Shown here piece by piece: positions 43,301-52,801 of a DNA stretch of 64,000 nt. A program made the translations under genes and the position numbers. Positions within the stretch are counted from its first letter, which is position 1. The number at the start of each line of letters is the position of its first letter. Origin of the DNA: an uncultured Cytophagia bacterium (GTDB lineage: Bacteria; Zhuqueibacterota; Zhuqueibacteria; Oceanimicrobiales; CAZGRP01). Where the stretch lies: NCBI GenBank assembly GCA_964527995.1, contig CAZGRP010000005.1, positions 65,642-129,641 of the forward strand, read 5' to 3'. Under the pieces are notes generated by a model. It was not told the origin of the DNA and made no database searches. It saw only the letters and a list, made by a program, of their open reading frames with translations.

Positions 43301-44490
43301 GCCTCAGCCTCGGTACGGTGGTCGTGCGCACCAGCAAGGACGGCGTTCTTTTGAACCTCCCGGGAGTGATGCCGGAAGGGGAATACGGCTGGTTTTCGGT
43401 GACAGGGCTGGAAAAGGGGGAGGACTTCTACCTGGCCGGTCCCTGGCGCCGCCCTCTGGTACGGGGCGAGGTTCGCCTGCGCGGCGTCAATGTGATCTTC
43501 CCCTTTGAAGGGGAGGACTCGAAGCCCAATCCTGTAGTGCAGAACATCCTCTACAACATCAACTGGGATGTGCGCGTGGTCTCTCGCAAGGACACCCGCT
43601 ACGTCAAGGAGATACCGGCCGCCAACATGTACGTCAACGTCAAGATGGACGATGAGGCCAGCGCGCTACAGTTTCTGGGGGTGTGGCGGGACAGCACCTT
43701 TCGAATCGAGGGCCACCTGGAATCCACCGAGGGGTTTATCGAATATCTGAACAATGTCTTCCGGCTCGAATGGTTCAAGGCCGATTTTGATCCCAGCGAC
43801 CTGTTTCCGGTGGTGAGCGGACGCGCGTGGACGGTGGTGGAAGACAGCACCCGGTTCCCGGCCAATGTCTACCTGACGCTCTACACAGTCGACGATGCCA
43901 CGCACGAAGAGGTGGATCGTGGCCGTTGGGAAAAGATCCGCGTGAAGCTGACATCCGACCGCCCCACCTACCTGGCGAATCAGAAGCAGGTCCTGAACAC
44001 CCTTGGCTATTCATGGGATACGATGGACCAGGTGTTCGAAAAGGGCGTCGAAGTCGCCAGCGTTGCCGCCGACAACCAGACGCTCGGCCGGGTGTTGCGG
44101 CCGTTCGAGCGCCAGCTCGAGCGCGCCCTGAAGCTCGATGTGGTGCACTTCAGTTCGCGGCTGACGCAGAACATTCTTGAACTGTCACGACTCGGTCTGC
44201 TGTCACCCAGCCTCTCCCTGCTGCGGAGCTCGCGGCTCATGCTCGGCAAATACCTTTCGGGAGGACTCTATTTCACCTACACCGGCCAGCTCGAGTCTGG
44301 ACTCGGGTACGGGCTGGACGCACGGTCCTATGCTTACGGTCTGAAGCACTCGGTTGACTTGAAATATCGAGTCAACTCAGAAATTCTCTTGGAAATGGAG
44401 TACTACTACAATAACTTATACCTGGCGGACAAGAACGATGCCCGTCTGTGGTTGCGGTGGTCCTTTCCGCTTTGGGATCGAAAAAATTGA
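40333..44490 (+). CDS. TamB/AsmA-like outer-membrane biogenesis protein (translocation and assembly module subunit)
   Basis: 1385 aa. A single N-terminal TM anchor, then a long beta-rich region. It sits immediately upstream of bamA, as in many FCB genomes. Confidence 0.55.
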   Translation: MMRPRRWLWVVGGLLLLLTLYLANEIWTVLGVNERIRQLVVAQLRPALGPKCSVGEVRFGLSRLYLKDVSLQFRGSGMALVIPELELRYGVRSLIRGGFRPERSTDRLFFRRPRLTFWHQPHDSTSEVNLSLDLSETLESRYRKLLRQYDFIRQVVIEDGEIAYVDSASGKEIRTIRDVVGLMERLPGGKAVVQVSGKLFGSSKQNAYLRAGLDFGRGGLDSLVVLIDGYDLRNGVPFVAPASVRAEKGSLSGRLLVLEKQGGPGFTVSGRLRVRDGLFRVPKQNIVVDDAHAALMIHNGDLHVQVAEARVNGSPVRLTGMVRDLFQPRLDLVAEAEDFDIGSFLRQWRPDAEIPAAGKVWVRLRLTDSPARPVISGKWKASRLRLGEMSLRQLFGSVRLEKGQLRLSEMHALLGASPAHLQGEGVVWLNEPGTPVDVSLDAKGEFAPTLRGFGLQSLTSCFGTLSARLHGSVSHPVGEGRFDFMWKGGEDDEFPVTGEFTYQSGGLSIEAKSRERGFEVQGSVASLWDQPVLRIRANGVEDALAFWNERFLASLQKSLAIDVFMQGPLRNLEFLIEGFSKPVRRKVVQLFGTSRPDSSGGRRLLGAITLFPRVGKELQAKFEAVQTPERFDLLRLEMSPYVSGALTADLTPGGQIEGSVKIAGLPLSDVLETSSTRGNQTGGKVYGSLLFRGSSADPEMIGNFWLLKGFFNGVGEFSADVSFEVDRQGINVPKWTLTRGGEPYLSGSYQYLFGSQEVDAELRGEGIRAQDFLQMLTGRSGFYDGIATFDLHAKGELPRVALYGSIAVRSGHLLNLRFDQMDFRFGSDVDEPTSSYIGEGYLRSEEITISRAGAFTLVGYGALPLVGGKELNIHLSGDGNFAPLLSDLSDLFKPSQTRAHLVLNVAGGYLSPKFPSSQLDIQEGTLRLSAVAPKIENLRGTLSVSDDGDFLRIENLRGTIGGKPITVTNLRLPEGVDHGAQVPLRLGGDGLSLGTVVVRTSKDGVLLNLPGVMPEGEYGWFSVTGLEKGEDFYLAGPWRRPLVRGEVRLRGVNVIFPFEGEDSKPNPVVQNILYNINWDVRVVSRKDTRYVKEIPAANMYVNVKMDDEASALQFLGVWRDSTFRIEGHLESTEGFIEYLNNVFRLEWFKADFDPSDLFPVVSGRAWTVVEDSTRFPANVYLTLYTVDDATHEEVDRGRWEKIRVKLTSDRPTYLANQKQVLNTLGYSWDTMDQVFEKGVEVASVAADNQTLGRVLRPFERQLERALKLDVVHFSSRLTQNILELSRLGLLSPSLSLLRSSRLMLGKYLSGGLYFTYTGQLESGLGYGLDARSYAYGLKHSVDLKYRVNSEILLEMEYYYNNLYLADKNDARLWLRWSFPLWDRKN

Positions 44491-44526
44491 ACTTTCGAAA
44501 TGGCTCTGGGTTAAAAGGCATGATAG

Positions 44527-46908
44527 TTGGAATCGCCACGGCCACGGCATGCGACACGAAGGTGGGGCGTAGCCAAGAAGGAGGCATGGTGCATGTGGTC
44601 AGGTAAGATGTTGCGGTGGCTGGGCACGATTGGGCTTGTGCTTCTCCTGGGCTCAGCAACCGCAGTGGCTCAGCAGCCACAGCGTAAATCGGTCAAGCTG
44701 CTTGGGGTGACGGTCGTCGGCAACAAGACTGCAGACGCCAACCTGATCAAACTGAATTCCGGCCTGACTCCTGGAAGCGAGATCACCGCGGATGATATCC
44801 GCCGGGCGATCAAGCAGCTCTGGACTCTCGACATGTTCTCGGATATCCAGATCCTGCTGGACAAGGAGCTGCCTGGAGGCGTTTTCCTGACCATCAAGGT
44901 GGAAGAATACCCTCGGCTGGACAGAGTCGAGCTGGCAGGCAACAAGAAGATCAAGGAAAAGGACATCGAGGAGAAACTCGAGTTCTACCGTGGCCAGGTT
45001 ATCAGCCCTCGTGACGTACAGCGGGCGGAGCAGAAGGTCAAGAAGCTCTATAAGGAAAAAGGATACCTGCTCGCCACGATTCGGCCCGAGGTTCGCCCCA
45101 GTGAGACCAAGGGGCGCGTCGTCCTGCGGTTGAACATCAAAGAGGGCAACAAGGTCCAGATCAAGAAGATCCGCTTTCATGGAAACAAAGCCTTCAGCGA
45201 CAAGAAGCTGCGCAAGCAGATGAAAGACACCAAACAGGACGGCTTCTTCGGAGGCGGTGACTTCGACCCCGCCAAGTACCGTGAAGACCTCGAAAAGGTG
45301 GTGGCTTTTTATCACAAGAACGGCTTCCGCGATGCTGAGGTCGTCCGCGATACGATTTCCTACGACGCGGAAAAGAAGCACATGTTCATCGACGTCTGGG
45401 TGAGGGAGGGCAACCGGTATTACATTGGCGACGTCACCTGGGAGGGCAACACTCTCTACACAGACGAGCAGCTATCGTCGGTTCTGGGCTTCGGTCCGGG
45501 CGACGTCTACAACCAGGAGGAGTTGCAGAAAGCGGTGACAGAACGCCTGGGCTCTCTCTACTACGATGCCGGCTACATTTTTGCCAACATCAACCCGCGC
45601 GAGCAGCCGGTGAGTGCCGATACGGTCAACATTCACTTCGTGATCAGCGAGGGCAACGCCGTCAAGGTTCGAAAAATCTACATCAGCGGAAACACCAAGA
45701 CCAAGGAGAAGGTGATACGCCGCGAGTTGCGCCTCCATCCCGGAGAGACCTTCAGCCGGGAAGCCCTTGTTCGCAGCCAGCGTGAGGTCTGGGTGCTGAA
45801 CTACTTCTCCGACGTCAAGGTAGACGTTCAGCCTGTGGACGAGGAACACGTCGATGTGTCCATCAAAGTCGAAGAGAAATCGACCGATACGGCCAACATG
45901 TCGGCCGGCTACAGCGAACGGGACAAACTCATAGGCAGCCTGGGTCTGGCCATGAACAACCTGTTCGGCAACGGCCAGCGGCTGAGCCTTGACTGGAGCT
46001 TCGGGCGCAGTTTTCGCTCCTTCCAGATCGGCTTCACTGAACCGTGGCTCCTCGATACTCCGACCCTGGCGGGCTTCAGCTTCTACGACATCAAACGCTC
46101 GGCTCGCTTCATCGGGTACAGCCAGCGCAGCCAGGGCGGCTCGCTGCGCATCGGCCGCCGTTTTCGCTGGCCCGACACCTACTTCCGCGGCGACTGGATA
46201 TACAGCATCGACCGCACCACACTGGGAGACTTCGTCCCTGCCTATCAGGGCAGCTACCTGACACGCATCAAGTGGCCGCAGGTGTCGAGCAGCATCACAC
46301 AGATCATCTCGCGCAACAGCCTGAACCGTCCAGAGTTTCCGACAGCGGGATCGGAAGTCTCCCTGTCGACGCAAATCGCCGGCGGCTTCCTGGGAGGGAA
46401 CGTCGATTTCCACAAGCACATTTTCAAGGCCAAGACGTTTTCGCCTCTGTTCAAGAGCTTTGTCCTTTTCACCGATGTCGAGGCGGGCTTTATGGAGGGA
46501 TTCAGCAAGGGCTCGAACATCCCGCCTCTGGAGCTATTCTACATGGGCGGTGAGGGCCTGACGCAGTCGATCCCACTGCGCGGCTACGAGGACCCTCTGG
46601 CCACCCGGCGCATCCTCGATGGCGGAAAGGTCATGCTCAAGTACACCACCGAGCTGCGCGTGCCGATCTCGCCCAACCCGACCATCTTTGCACTGGCATT
46701 CGCCGAGGCAGGCAATACCTGGCGCGATCTGCGGCGCACCGATCCGTTCGATCTGCGCCGCTCGGTGGGATTCGGCATCCGGGTGTTCATGCCGATGCTG
46801 GGTATTCTGGGCTTCGACTATGCCTACGGGTTCGACAACATCGACCGGGCTACCGGGCTGAAGCGTGGAAAGTGGCGCCCGCACTTTGTCTTTGGTCGTA
46901 GCTTCTAG
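44527..46908 (+). CDS. bamA: Outer membrane protein assembly factor BamA
   Basis: Signal peptide (MLRWLGTIGLVLLLGSATAVAQ), POTRA repeats, and a C-terminal beta-barrel ending ...FVFGRSF. The true start is probably near 44593. Confidence 0.9.
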   Translation: MESPRPRHATRRWGVAKKEAWCMWSGKMLRWLGTIGLVLLLGSATAVAQQPQRKSVKLLGVTVVGNKTADANLIKLNSGLTPGSEITADDIRRAIKQLWTLDMFSDIQILLDKELPGGVFLTIKVEEYPRLDRVELAGNKKIKEKDIEEKLEFYRGQVISPRDVQRAEQKVKKLYKEKGYLLATIRPEVRPSETKGRVVLRLNIKEGNKVQIKKIRFHGNKAFSDKKLRKQMKDTKQDGFFGGGDFDPAKYREDLEKVVAFYHKNGFRDAEVVRDTISYDAEKKHMFIDVWVREGNRYYIGDVTWEGNTLYTDEQLSSVLGFGPGDVYNQEELQKAVTERLGSLYYDAGYIFANINPREQPVSADTVNIHFVISEGNAVKVRKIYISGNTKTKEKVIRRELRLHPGETFSREALVRSQREVWVLNYFSDVKVDVQPVDEEHVDVSIKVEEKSTDTANMSAGYSERDKLIGSLGLAMNNLFGNGQRLSLDWSFGRSFRSFQIGFTEPWLLDTPTLAGFSFYDIKRSARFIGYSQRSQGGSLRIGRRFRWPDTYFRGDWIYSIDRTTLGDFVPAYQGSYLTRIKWPQVSSSITQIISRNSLNRPEFPTAGSEVSLSTQIAGGFLGGNVDFHKHIFKAKTFSPLFKSFVLFTDVEAGFMEGFSKGSNIPPLELFYMGGEGLTQSIPLRGYEDPLATRRILDGGKVMLKYTTELRVPISPNPTIFALAFAEAGNTWRDLRRTDPFDLRRSVGFGIRVFMPMLGILGFDYAYGFDNIDRATGLKRGKWRPHFVFGRSF

Positions 46909-47044
46909 GTCGAAATCCCATCTGCTTGCATTGTCTGGTCAACAGAATCCAAAGCTTGGACGGCTGGGCTTACCGGATCGTGACCCGGTTCCAGCCGTTC
47001 GTTTGTATGGTCGCAAACCAAAACAAATACGAAGGAGGAATGCC

Positions 47045-47629
47045 GTGAAGTACCGTATCTCGAATGTGATCGCAGGACTGGCAGTTGCCGCCCTTTTCAT
47101 TGTGATTGCTGCTCGTCCGTTGCCGCAGGAGACACTCAAAATCGGCTATGTCAACTCGCAGGAGATCCTGGCCAAGTTCAAGGACGCTCAGGATGCCCAG
47201 AAGCGGCTGCAGGAGATCATCAAGGGGTGGGAGCAGGAAGCCTCCCAGATGCAAAACCAGATCCGCGAACTGCAGGATCAGCTTGAATCGCAGAGTCTGC
47301 TTCTGAGCGAGGAGAAAAAGGCCGAGAAGAACCAGGAACTGCAGCAGATGTATCTGAACTACCAGCAGTTCAGCCAGCAGAAATTCGGGCCTCAGGGCGA
47401 AGCCTACACCAAGCAGCAAGAGCTGATGCAGCCGGTGCAACAGAAGGTGCTGGGAGTCATTTCGGACCTTGGCAAAGAGAAGGGATTCGACTACATTTTC
47501 GACTCAGTCGCCGGCAACATCGTGTTCGCGGCCGACGACCAGCCCGATCTGACCCAGGAGGTGATCGATCGGTTGAACAAGACCGTGTCCACCAAGTCGG
47601 CCGATAGCAAGAAGGGCGGCAAGAAATAG
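47045..47629 (+). CDS. skp: OmpH/Skp periplasmic chaperone
   Basis: Signal peptide followed by a coiled-coil Q/E/K-rich body. GTG start with RBS aggagg. The ORF track extends upstream to 46865 and overlaps bamA, which is rejected. Confidence 0.8.
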   Translation: MKYRISNVIAGLAVAALFIVIAARPLPQETLKIGYVNSQEILAKFKDAQDAQKRLQEIIKGWEQEASQMQNQIRELQDQLESQSLLLSEEKKAEKNQELQQMYLNYQQFSQQKFGPQGEAYTKQQELMQPVQQKVLGVISDLGKEKGFDYIFDSVAGNIVFAADDQPDLTQEVIDRLNKTVSTKSADSKKGGKK

Positions 47630-47731
47630 CTTGAGGCGGACCTCGCTCGAGCCCGAACAGCACGTTGAGGCAGGGCTGGCTGCCCGCGAGGCGCCAGCGC
47701 TCGCCGATATCGTGCGTATTGAGAGGAACCA

Positions 47732-48769
47732 GTGAAAAGGAGCAAACCGCAAGTCACGGTTCGAGAGATCGCCGACTGGATTGCGGGCAAGATCGAGGGG
47801 GACTCTTCCTTACCGATCTCTGGAGTAGCCTCGCTGCGGGTCGCCTCGCCGGGGCAGTTGTCCTTCGTTGCCTCTCGAAAGTATCACGGGCTGGTGGACC
47901 GCACCCAGGCGTCTGCGCTTCTGGTGGGGGAAGACTGCCCACCTTCACCGAAGACACTGATACGCGTGGAAAACCCGACCCTCGCTTTCGCACGGGTGAT
48001 CGAGCGCTTCTTTCCCCCGGCGCAAAGCCGCCCGGCTCCCGGCGTTCATCCAAGCGCTGTGGTGGACGCCAGTGCCCGACTGGGCGAAGAGGTCCACATC
48101 GGACCTTTTGTGACGATCGGGCCGCGGGCGCACGTCGGCGACCGCAGCGTGCTCATGGCGGGCAGCTTCGTGGGGGACGGCGCCCAGATCGGTTGCGATG
48201 CATGGCTGTATGCCCATGTCGTTGTCGGCCGCGACTGCGTCTTGGGAGACCGGGTCGTGGTGCATGCCGGCACCGTCATCGGCTCCGATGGCTTCGGGTT
48301 TGTGAAGGAGAAGGGCGGCTATCACAAAGTGCCGCATCTGGGCAGAGTCGTGATCGAGGAGGATGTGGAGATCGGTGCCAACTGCACCATTGACCGGGCC
48401 ACGCTCGGTGAGACCCGCATCCGAAAAGGCGTGAAGCTCGACAATCTGATCCACGTGGGCCACAACGTCGAGATCGACGAGCACACCGTCATCGCGGCCC
48501 AGACAGGCATCTCGGGCAGTACAAAGATCGGCCGCTGGGTGACTGTCGGCGGGCAGGTCGGATTCGTCGGCCACATTGAAATCGGTGACGAGAGCGTCTT
48601 TGGGGCCCAGGCTGGCGTGACCAAGTCGATTCCGCCGGGCACGGTGGTTTCTGGCTATCCGGCCAAACCTCATGCGCGTGCTCGCCGTGAAGAGGCCGCT
48701 CTGCGCCGGCTTCCTGATCTGATCAAGCGCATACGCCTTCTGGAGAAGAAACTGAACAGCGGAGGATAG
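47732..48769 (+). CDS. lpxD: UDP-3-O-acylglucosamine N-acyltransferase
   Basis: N-terminal LpxD domain plus left-handed beta-helix hexapeptide repeats. Confidence 0.9.
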   Translation: MKRSKPQVTVREIADWIAGKIEGDSSLPISGVASLRVASPGQLSFVASRKYHGLVDRTQASALLVGEDCPPSPKTLIRVENPTLAFARVIERFFPPAQSRPAPGVHPSAVVDASARLGEEVHIGPFVTIGPRAHVGDRSVLMAGSFVGDGAQIGCDAWLYAHVVVGRDCVLGDRVVVHAGTVIGSDGFGFVKEKGGYHKVPHLGRVVIEEDVEIGANCTIDRATLGETRIRKGVKLDNLIHVGHNVEIDEHTVIAAQTGISGSTKIGRWVTVGGQVGFVGHIEIGDESVFGAQAGVTKSIPPGTVVSGYPAKPHARARREEAALRRLPDLIKRIRLLEKKLNSGG

Positions 48770-50173
48770 ATGCTTCAGAACCAGCGGACCATTGCCGGGT
48801 CAACGACACTTTCAGGGGTCGGACTGCACACCGGCAATTTCGCGACGTTGAGGTTTCAACCAGCCCCAGCCAACACAGGCATTCGCTTCCGCCGTGTCGA
48901 CCTGCAGGGCCAGCCGGAAATCCCGGCCGACATCGACCATGTGCTCGATATTTCCCGTGGCACCACCATCGGCCAGGGAGAGGCGGTCATTCATACGATC
49001 GAGCACGTCATGGCCGCCATTGCCGGGCTCGAGATCGACAATCTCGTCGTCGAGCTCGACTCCAACGAACCTCCGGTCGGCGACGGCAGCAGCCTTCCGT
49101 TCGTTCAGGCACTCCAGGAGGCAGGCATCGTCGAGCAGGACTCGCCGCGCGACTGCCTGGTAATCGAGAAGACCATTTCCTATTCGGATGAGCAGAGGGG
49201 GGTCGATATCGTTGTCTTTCCCTCCGACGAATTCCGCCTGACCTGTATGGTGGACTATCAGAACCCCGCGCTCGGCACGCAGTACACTTCGATGTATTCG
49301 CTCAGCGACGAGTTCGTCACTGAGTTCGCTCCAGCGCGCACGTTCTGTTTCTTGAGCGAGGTCGAGGAGCTTGCCAAGCAGGGTCTGATCCGGGGTGGCA
49401 GTCTCGATAACGCCATCGTCATCATCGACCACGAGCTGGACGAGGCCGAGGTCGACCGCCTTCGCCGCCTATTCGGTCTCCCGAGCGATGTCAAGCTCGG
49501 AACCAACGGAATTCTGAACCAGACAGAATTGCGCTTCAAGAACGAGCCTGTCCGGCATAAGGCCCTGGACCTCCTCGGAGATCTGGCCCTGCTCGGAGTG
49601 CCGCTGAAGGCCCACGTCATCGCCGCGCGCAGCGGGCACAAGGCTCACGTTGAATTGGTGCGGCAGATTCGGAAGGAGCACGAGAGGATCCAGATCCGCT
49701 CGAAATACCAGAGCCTCAAGGCCGAGGGGTTCATTTTCGATGCGGTGGCCATCCAGAAGATCCTCCCGCATCGCTACCCTTTCCTCCTGGTCGACAAGAT
49801 CATCGATCTGGTGCCGCGCGAGCGCGTAGTCGGCATCAAGAACGTGACCATCAATGAGCCCTTCTTCCAGGGCCACTTCCCCGGTCATCCTATCATGCCC
49901 GGCGTGTTGATTCTCGAAGCGATGGCGCAGACAGGGGGGATCTTGCTTCTCGATACACAAGCCAACCCGGAAGAGAAGCTGGTCTACTTCACCGGTATCG
50001 ACAAAGTGAAGTTTCGCAAGCCCGTCCGGCCCGGTGACCAGATCCGGTTCGAGTTGGACATGTTGAAATACCGCAAAACGATCTGCCGCATGGCGGGCAA
50101 GGCCTATGTCGACGGTGATCTGGTCTGTGAGGCCGAGTTGACCGCTGCCATCGTCGATCGCGACAGAACGTGA
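48770..50173 (+). CDS. lpxC/fabZ: Bifunctional UDP-3-O-acyl-GlcNAc deacetylase / 3-hydroxyacyl-ACP dehydratase (LpxC-FabZ fusion)
   Basis: N-terminal LpxC (GVGLHTG...HTIEHVMAA...). C-terminal FabZ hot-dog (YPFLLVDKIIDL...GHFPGHPIMPGVLILEAMAQ). Confidence 0.92.
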   Translation: MLQNQRTIAGSTTLSGVGLHTGNFATLRFQPAPANTGIRFRRVDLQGQPEIPADIDHVLDISRGTTIGQGEAVIHTIEHVMAAIAGLEIDNLVVELDSNEPPVGDGSSLPFVQALQEAGIVEQDSPRDCLVIEKTISYSDEQRGVDIVVFPSDEFRLTCMVDYQNPALGTQYTSMYSLSDEFVTEFAPARTFCFLSEVEELAKQGLIRGGSLDNAIVIIDHELDEAEVDRLRRLFGLPSDVKLGTNGILNQTELRFKNEPVRHKALDLLGDLALLGVPLKAHVIAARSGHKAHVELVRQIRKEHERIQIRSKYQSLKAEGFIFDAVAIQKILPHRYPFLLVDKIIDLVPRERVVGIKNVTINEPFFQGHFPGHPIMPGVLILEAMAQTGGILLLDTQANPEEKLVYFTGIDKVKFRKPVRPGDQIRFELDMLKYRKTICRMAGKAYVDGDLVCEAELTAAIVDRDRT

Positions 50174-50201
50174 ATGTGCGGCAGCTCCGCAGGTCGCCTG
50201 G

Positions 50202-50975
50202 ATGCCTGAGATCCACCCTACAGCCATTGTCGATCCGCGTGCCGAGCTGGCAGGCGATGTGGTGATCGGACCCTACTCCATCGTGGAGGGCGATGTCCGG
50301 ATTGGTGCCGGCACGGAAGTCGGCTCCCACGTTCTCATCGCCGCTGGAACGAGACTGGGCTGCCGCTGCCGCGTGGCGCATGGTGCCGTGCTGGGCACGA
50401 TCCCTCAGGATCTGAAGTTCTCCGGCGAGCGCACGACTCTTGAAGTGGGCGACGACACGACGATCCGCGAGTTCGCAACCCTCAATCGCGGCACGAAAGA
50501 ACGCTGGAAGACGACGGTTGGACGCGATTGCCTGATCATGGCGTACGTACACATCGCTCATGACTGCGTGATTGGGGATCAAGTGATCCTGGCCAACGCC
50601 GTGAATATGGCGGGTCATGTCGTCGTCGAAGACTACGCCAACGTGGGGGGACTGGTCCCCATCCATCAGTTCGTCCGCATCGGCCGACACGCTTTCGTCG
50701 GCGGTGGCTACCGCGTCACAAAGGATGTGCCGCCGTATGTTCTCGCTTCCGGAGAGCCGCTGGCGTTTGCCGGGCTGAACAATGTCGGCCTCCACCGGCG
50801 TGGTTTCTCGCGGCAAACCATGTTGACCCTCAAGCGTGCCTACCGGTTCGTGTTTCGCTGCGGTCTCAACGTCTCCCAGGCTCTGTCACGGATCGAGGCC
50901 GAGCTCGAACCGACCCCGGAAGTCCGTCACGTCATCGACTTCATTCGCAGCAGCGAACGAGGAATTATTAAGTGA
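50202..50975 (+). CDS. lpxA: Acyl-ACP-UDP-GlcNAc O-acyltransferase
   Basis: Hexapeptide-repeat LpxA: MPEIHPTAIVDPRAELAGDVVIGPYSIVEG... Confidence 0.9.
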   Translation: MPEIHPTAIVDPRAELAGDVVIGPYSIVEGDVRIGAGTEVGSHVLIAAGTRLGCRCRVAHGAVLGTIPQDLKFSGERTTLEVGDDTTIREFATLNRGTKERWKTTVGRDCLIMAYVHIAHDCVIGDQVILANAVNMAGHVVVEDYANVGGLVPIHQFVRIGRHAFVGGGYRVTKDVPPYVLASGEPLAFAGLNNVGLHRRGFSRQTMLTLKRAYRFVFRCGLNVSQALSRIEAELEPTPEVRHVIDFIRSSERGIIK

Positions 50976-51030
50976 AAAATGCAGGATGTAAAATGCAAAG
51001 TGAAAAATGGCGAATGGGAAATAGAAAACA
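50974..51030. repeat. Degenerate AAAATGC(A) repeat cluster immediately after the lpxA stop
   Basis: gtgAAAAATGCAggatgtAAAATGCAAAgtgAAAAATGgcgAATGggAAAT. The first 13 nt (GAAAAATGCAGGA) are identical to the 13 nt at 18669-18681. Confidence 0.8.
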
Positions 51031-51159
51031 GGAATTAGGAATTCGTTGAGGCGTCCTGAACGCGTCGAGCAAAGCCCTGGCTCGTGTCTGCCAATTCCCA
51101 GTTCCTGATTCCTGATTCCCAATCCCGGATCTGCGGATGTCCCTGATGACCTTGAAGCG

Positions 51160-52005
51160 ATGGCACTGGTAACGACCAAGTTCCGCGCCGCCGGCAGGCC
51201 CTGGCGATTGTTCCTGACTCTCGCTGATGAGGCCTTGAGCGGTAGCGAAAACATGGCATTGGACGTCGAGCTCGCGCGTGCCGCCGAACCAGAGGATCCC
51301 CCGGTTCTGCGTCTTTTCCAGTGGCGGCCGTGGGCGATCTCGCTGGGATACCACCAGAGCCTGGACGAGATCGACGTGGATCGCTGCCGTGCCGATGGCA
51401 TCGACATCGTCCGTCGGCCCACCGGTGGGCGAGCGATCCTGCATGCGGAGGAGCTGACCTACAGCGTCATTCTCCCCAAAGGGTGCGGCGTTCCGGTCCA
51501 CAGCACGGCGTCGACATACCGGCTCATCAGCCAGGCCCTGGTGGACGGACTGCGGAGGGTTGGTGTCGAGGCGACGTTTGGGCGGTCGGCGCGCGTACCC
51601 TACCAGACGCACGTGCCCTGCTTTGCGACCACCGCCCTCTACGAGGTGCAGTGGCGCGGCCGCAAACTTGTGGGCAGCGCCCAGAGGAGATACGAAAACG
51701 CGGTTCTGCAGCATGGCTCCATTCTCCTGGGTGATGCCCACCTGCGGCTTGCGGATTATGTTCGCGGCGCCGGCGAGAATGGCGAGCGCCGGCAGCTTCG
51801 GCAGCTCCTGCAGCAGCGAACGGCCACGGTGTCACAGGCAGCCGGAACCGGGCTTTCGGTCTCGGAGCTTGTCGATGCCCTGCTGCGTGGTTTCGAAGCA
51901 ACCCTCGGAGCGAACTTCACCCCGGGTGCTCTACCGGCCAAAACGTCGGGTAGAACGGAATGGAAAGAGCGACGGTTTTTCAGTCGAGGAGGAATTCATC
52001 GATGA
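51160..52005 (+). CDS. Lipoate-protein ligase / octanoyltransferase family protein (BPL_LplA_LipB domain)
   Basis: RRPTGGRAILH motif and the overall BPL fold pattern. Confidence 0.55.
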   Translation: MALVTTKFRAAGRPWRLFLTLADEALSGSENMALDVELARAAEPEDPPVLRLFQWRPWAISLGYHQSLDEIDVDRCRADGIDIVRRPTGGRAILHAEELTYSVILPKGCGVPVHSTASTYRLISQALVDGLRRVGVEATFGRSARVPYQTHVPCFATTALYEVQWRGRKLVGSAQRRYENAVLQHGSILLGDAHLRLADYVRGAGENGERRQLRQLLQQRTATVSQAAGTGLSVSELVDALLRGFEATLGANFTPGALPAKTSGRTEWKERRFFSRGGIHR

Positions 52006-52781
52006 GACGTCTGCTGGTTGTGGCGGCTTTGGTGGCGGCGTTTGGGCTTGGTGCGCAGAGGTCGTATGCCCAGAATTTCTACTTCAATCCCCAGCAAACC
52101 GACCAGATCAAATCGATCCTGCAGTTCTTCGGTTCCGTGGCTGGAGGTGCGCTGGCGCATTCGGGGAAAGTGCATGGCCTGGGTCATGCCGACCTCGATC
52201 TTCACACCGTGGTGGTCATCGTTCCGGACGAATTCAAGAGCCTGCCCCAGTTCCAGGGGGTCGACTTCGTGCCCATACCGATGCTGCAGGTCGGCCTGGG
52301 GCTTCCGGGAAACATCGAAGTGGTCGGAAGAGCCTTTCGGTTCCCGCTCGGCAGCGATCCCACCAAGGCCACGATTCCGGGATACCTGAACGACTTCGTA
52401 GACTCGCGCGAGGCCTTCACCTTGCTTGGCGGGGCGGTGAAGTACGGCGTTCTGCAGATGTTCGGGCTGCCCAAGATCATGCTCCTGGGAGCCTATCACA
52501 TCTTCCTGGTGCCGCAGCAGTTCGACTTCGGCGATATCAGTAACCTCACCGGGCAGGTCTACGTCAGCTACGGGCTGGGCATTCTGGCGCCGTACGCCGC
52601 TGCCTCGGTGAATTACGCCAGGTTCAAGGTCGCCACCGGCGATCGCCAGACCTTCACCTCAACCTTGCTCGCAGCCACAGTCGGGGTGGAGATCAAGCCG
52701 ATTCCGCTGTTCCACATCAGCGCCGATTACAACTTCAGCAAGTTTCCAAATATAGGAGTGAGCGCCGGCTTCAACTTTTGA
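52002..52781 (+). CDS. Hypothetical outer-membrane beta-barrel protein
   Basis: Signal peptide MRRLLVVAALVAAFGLGAQRSYAQ, alternating hydrophobic strands, and a C-terminal ...GVSAGFNF. The start overlaps the previous stop (ATGA) with RBS ggagg. Confidence 0.55.
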   Translation: MRRLLVVAALVAAFGLGAQRSYAQNFYFNPQQTDQIKSILQFFGSVAGGALAHSGKVHGLGHADLDLHTVVVIVPDEFKSLPQFQGVDFVPIPMLQVGLGLPGNIEVVGRAFRFPLGSDPTKATIPGYLNDFVDSREAFTLLGGAVKYGVLQMFGLPKIMLLGAYHIFLVPQQFDFGDISNLTGQVYVSYGLGILAPYAAASVNYARFKVATGDRQTFTSTLLAATVGVEIKPIPLFHISADYNFSKFPNIGVSAGFNF

Positions 52782-52801
52782 CCTGTGCCGCTGCCATTTC
52801 G

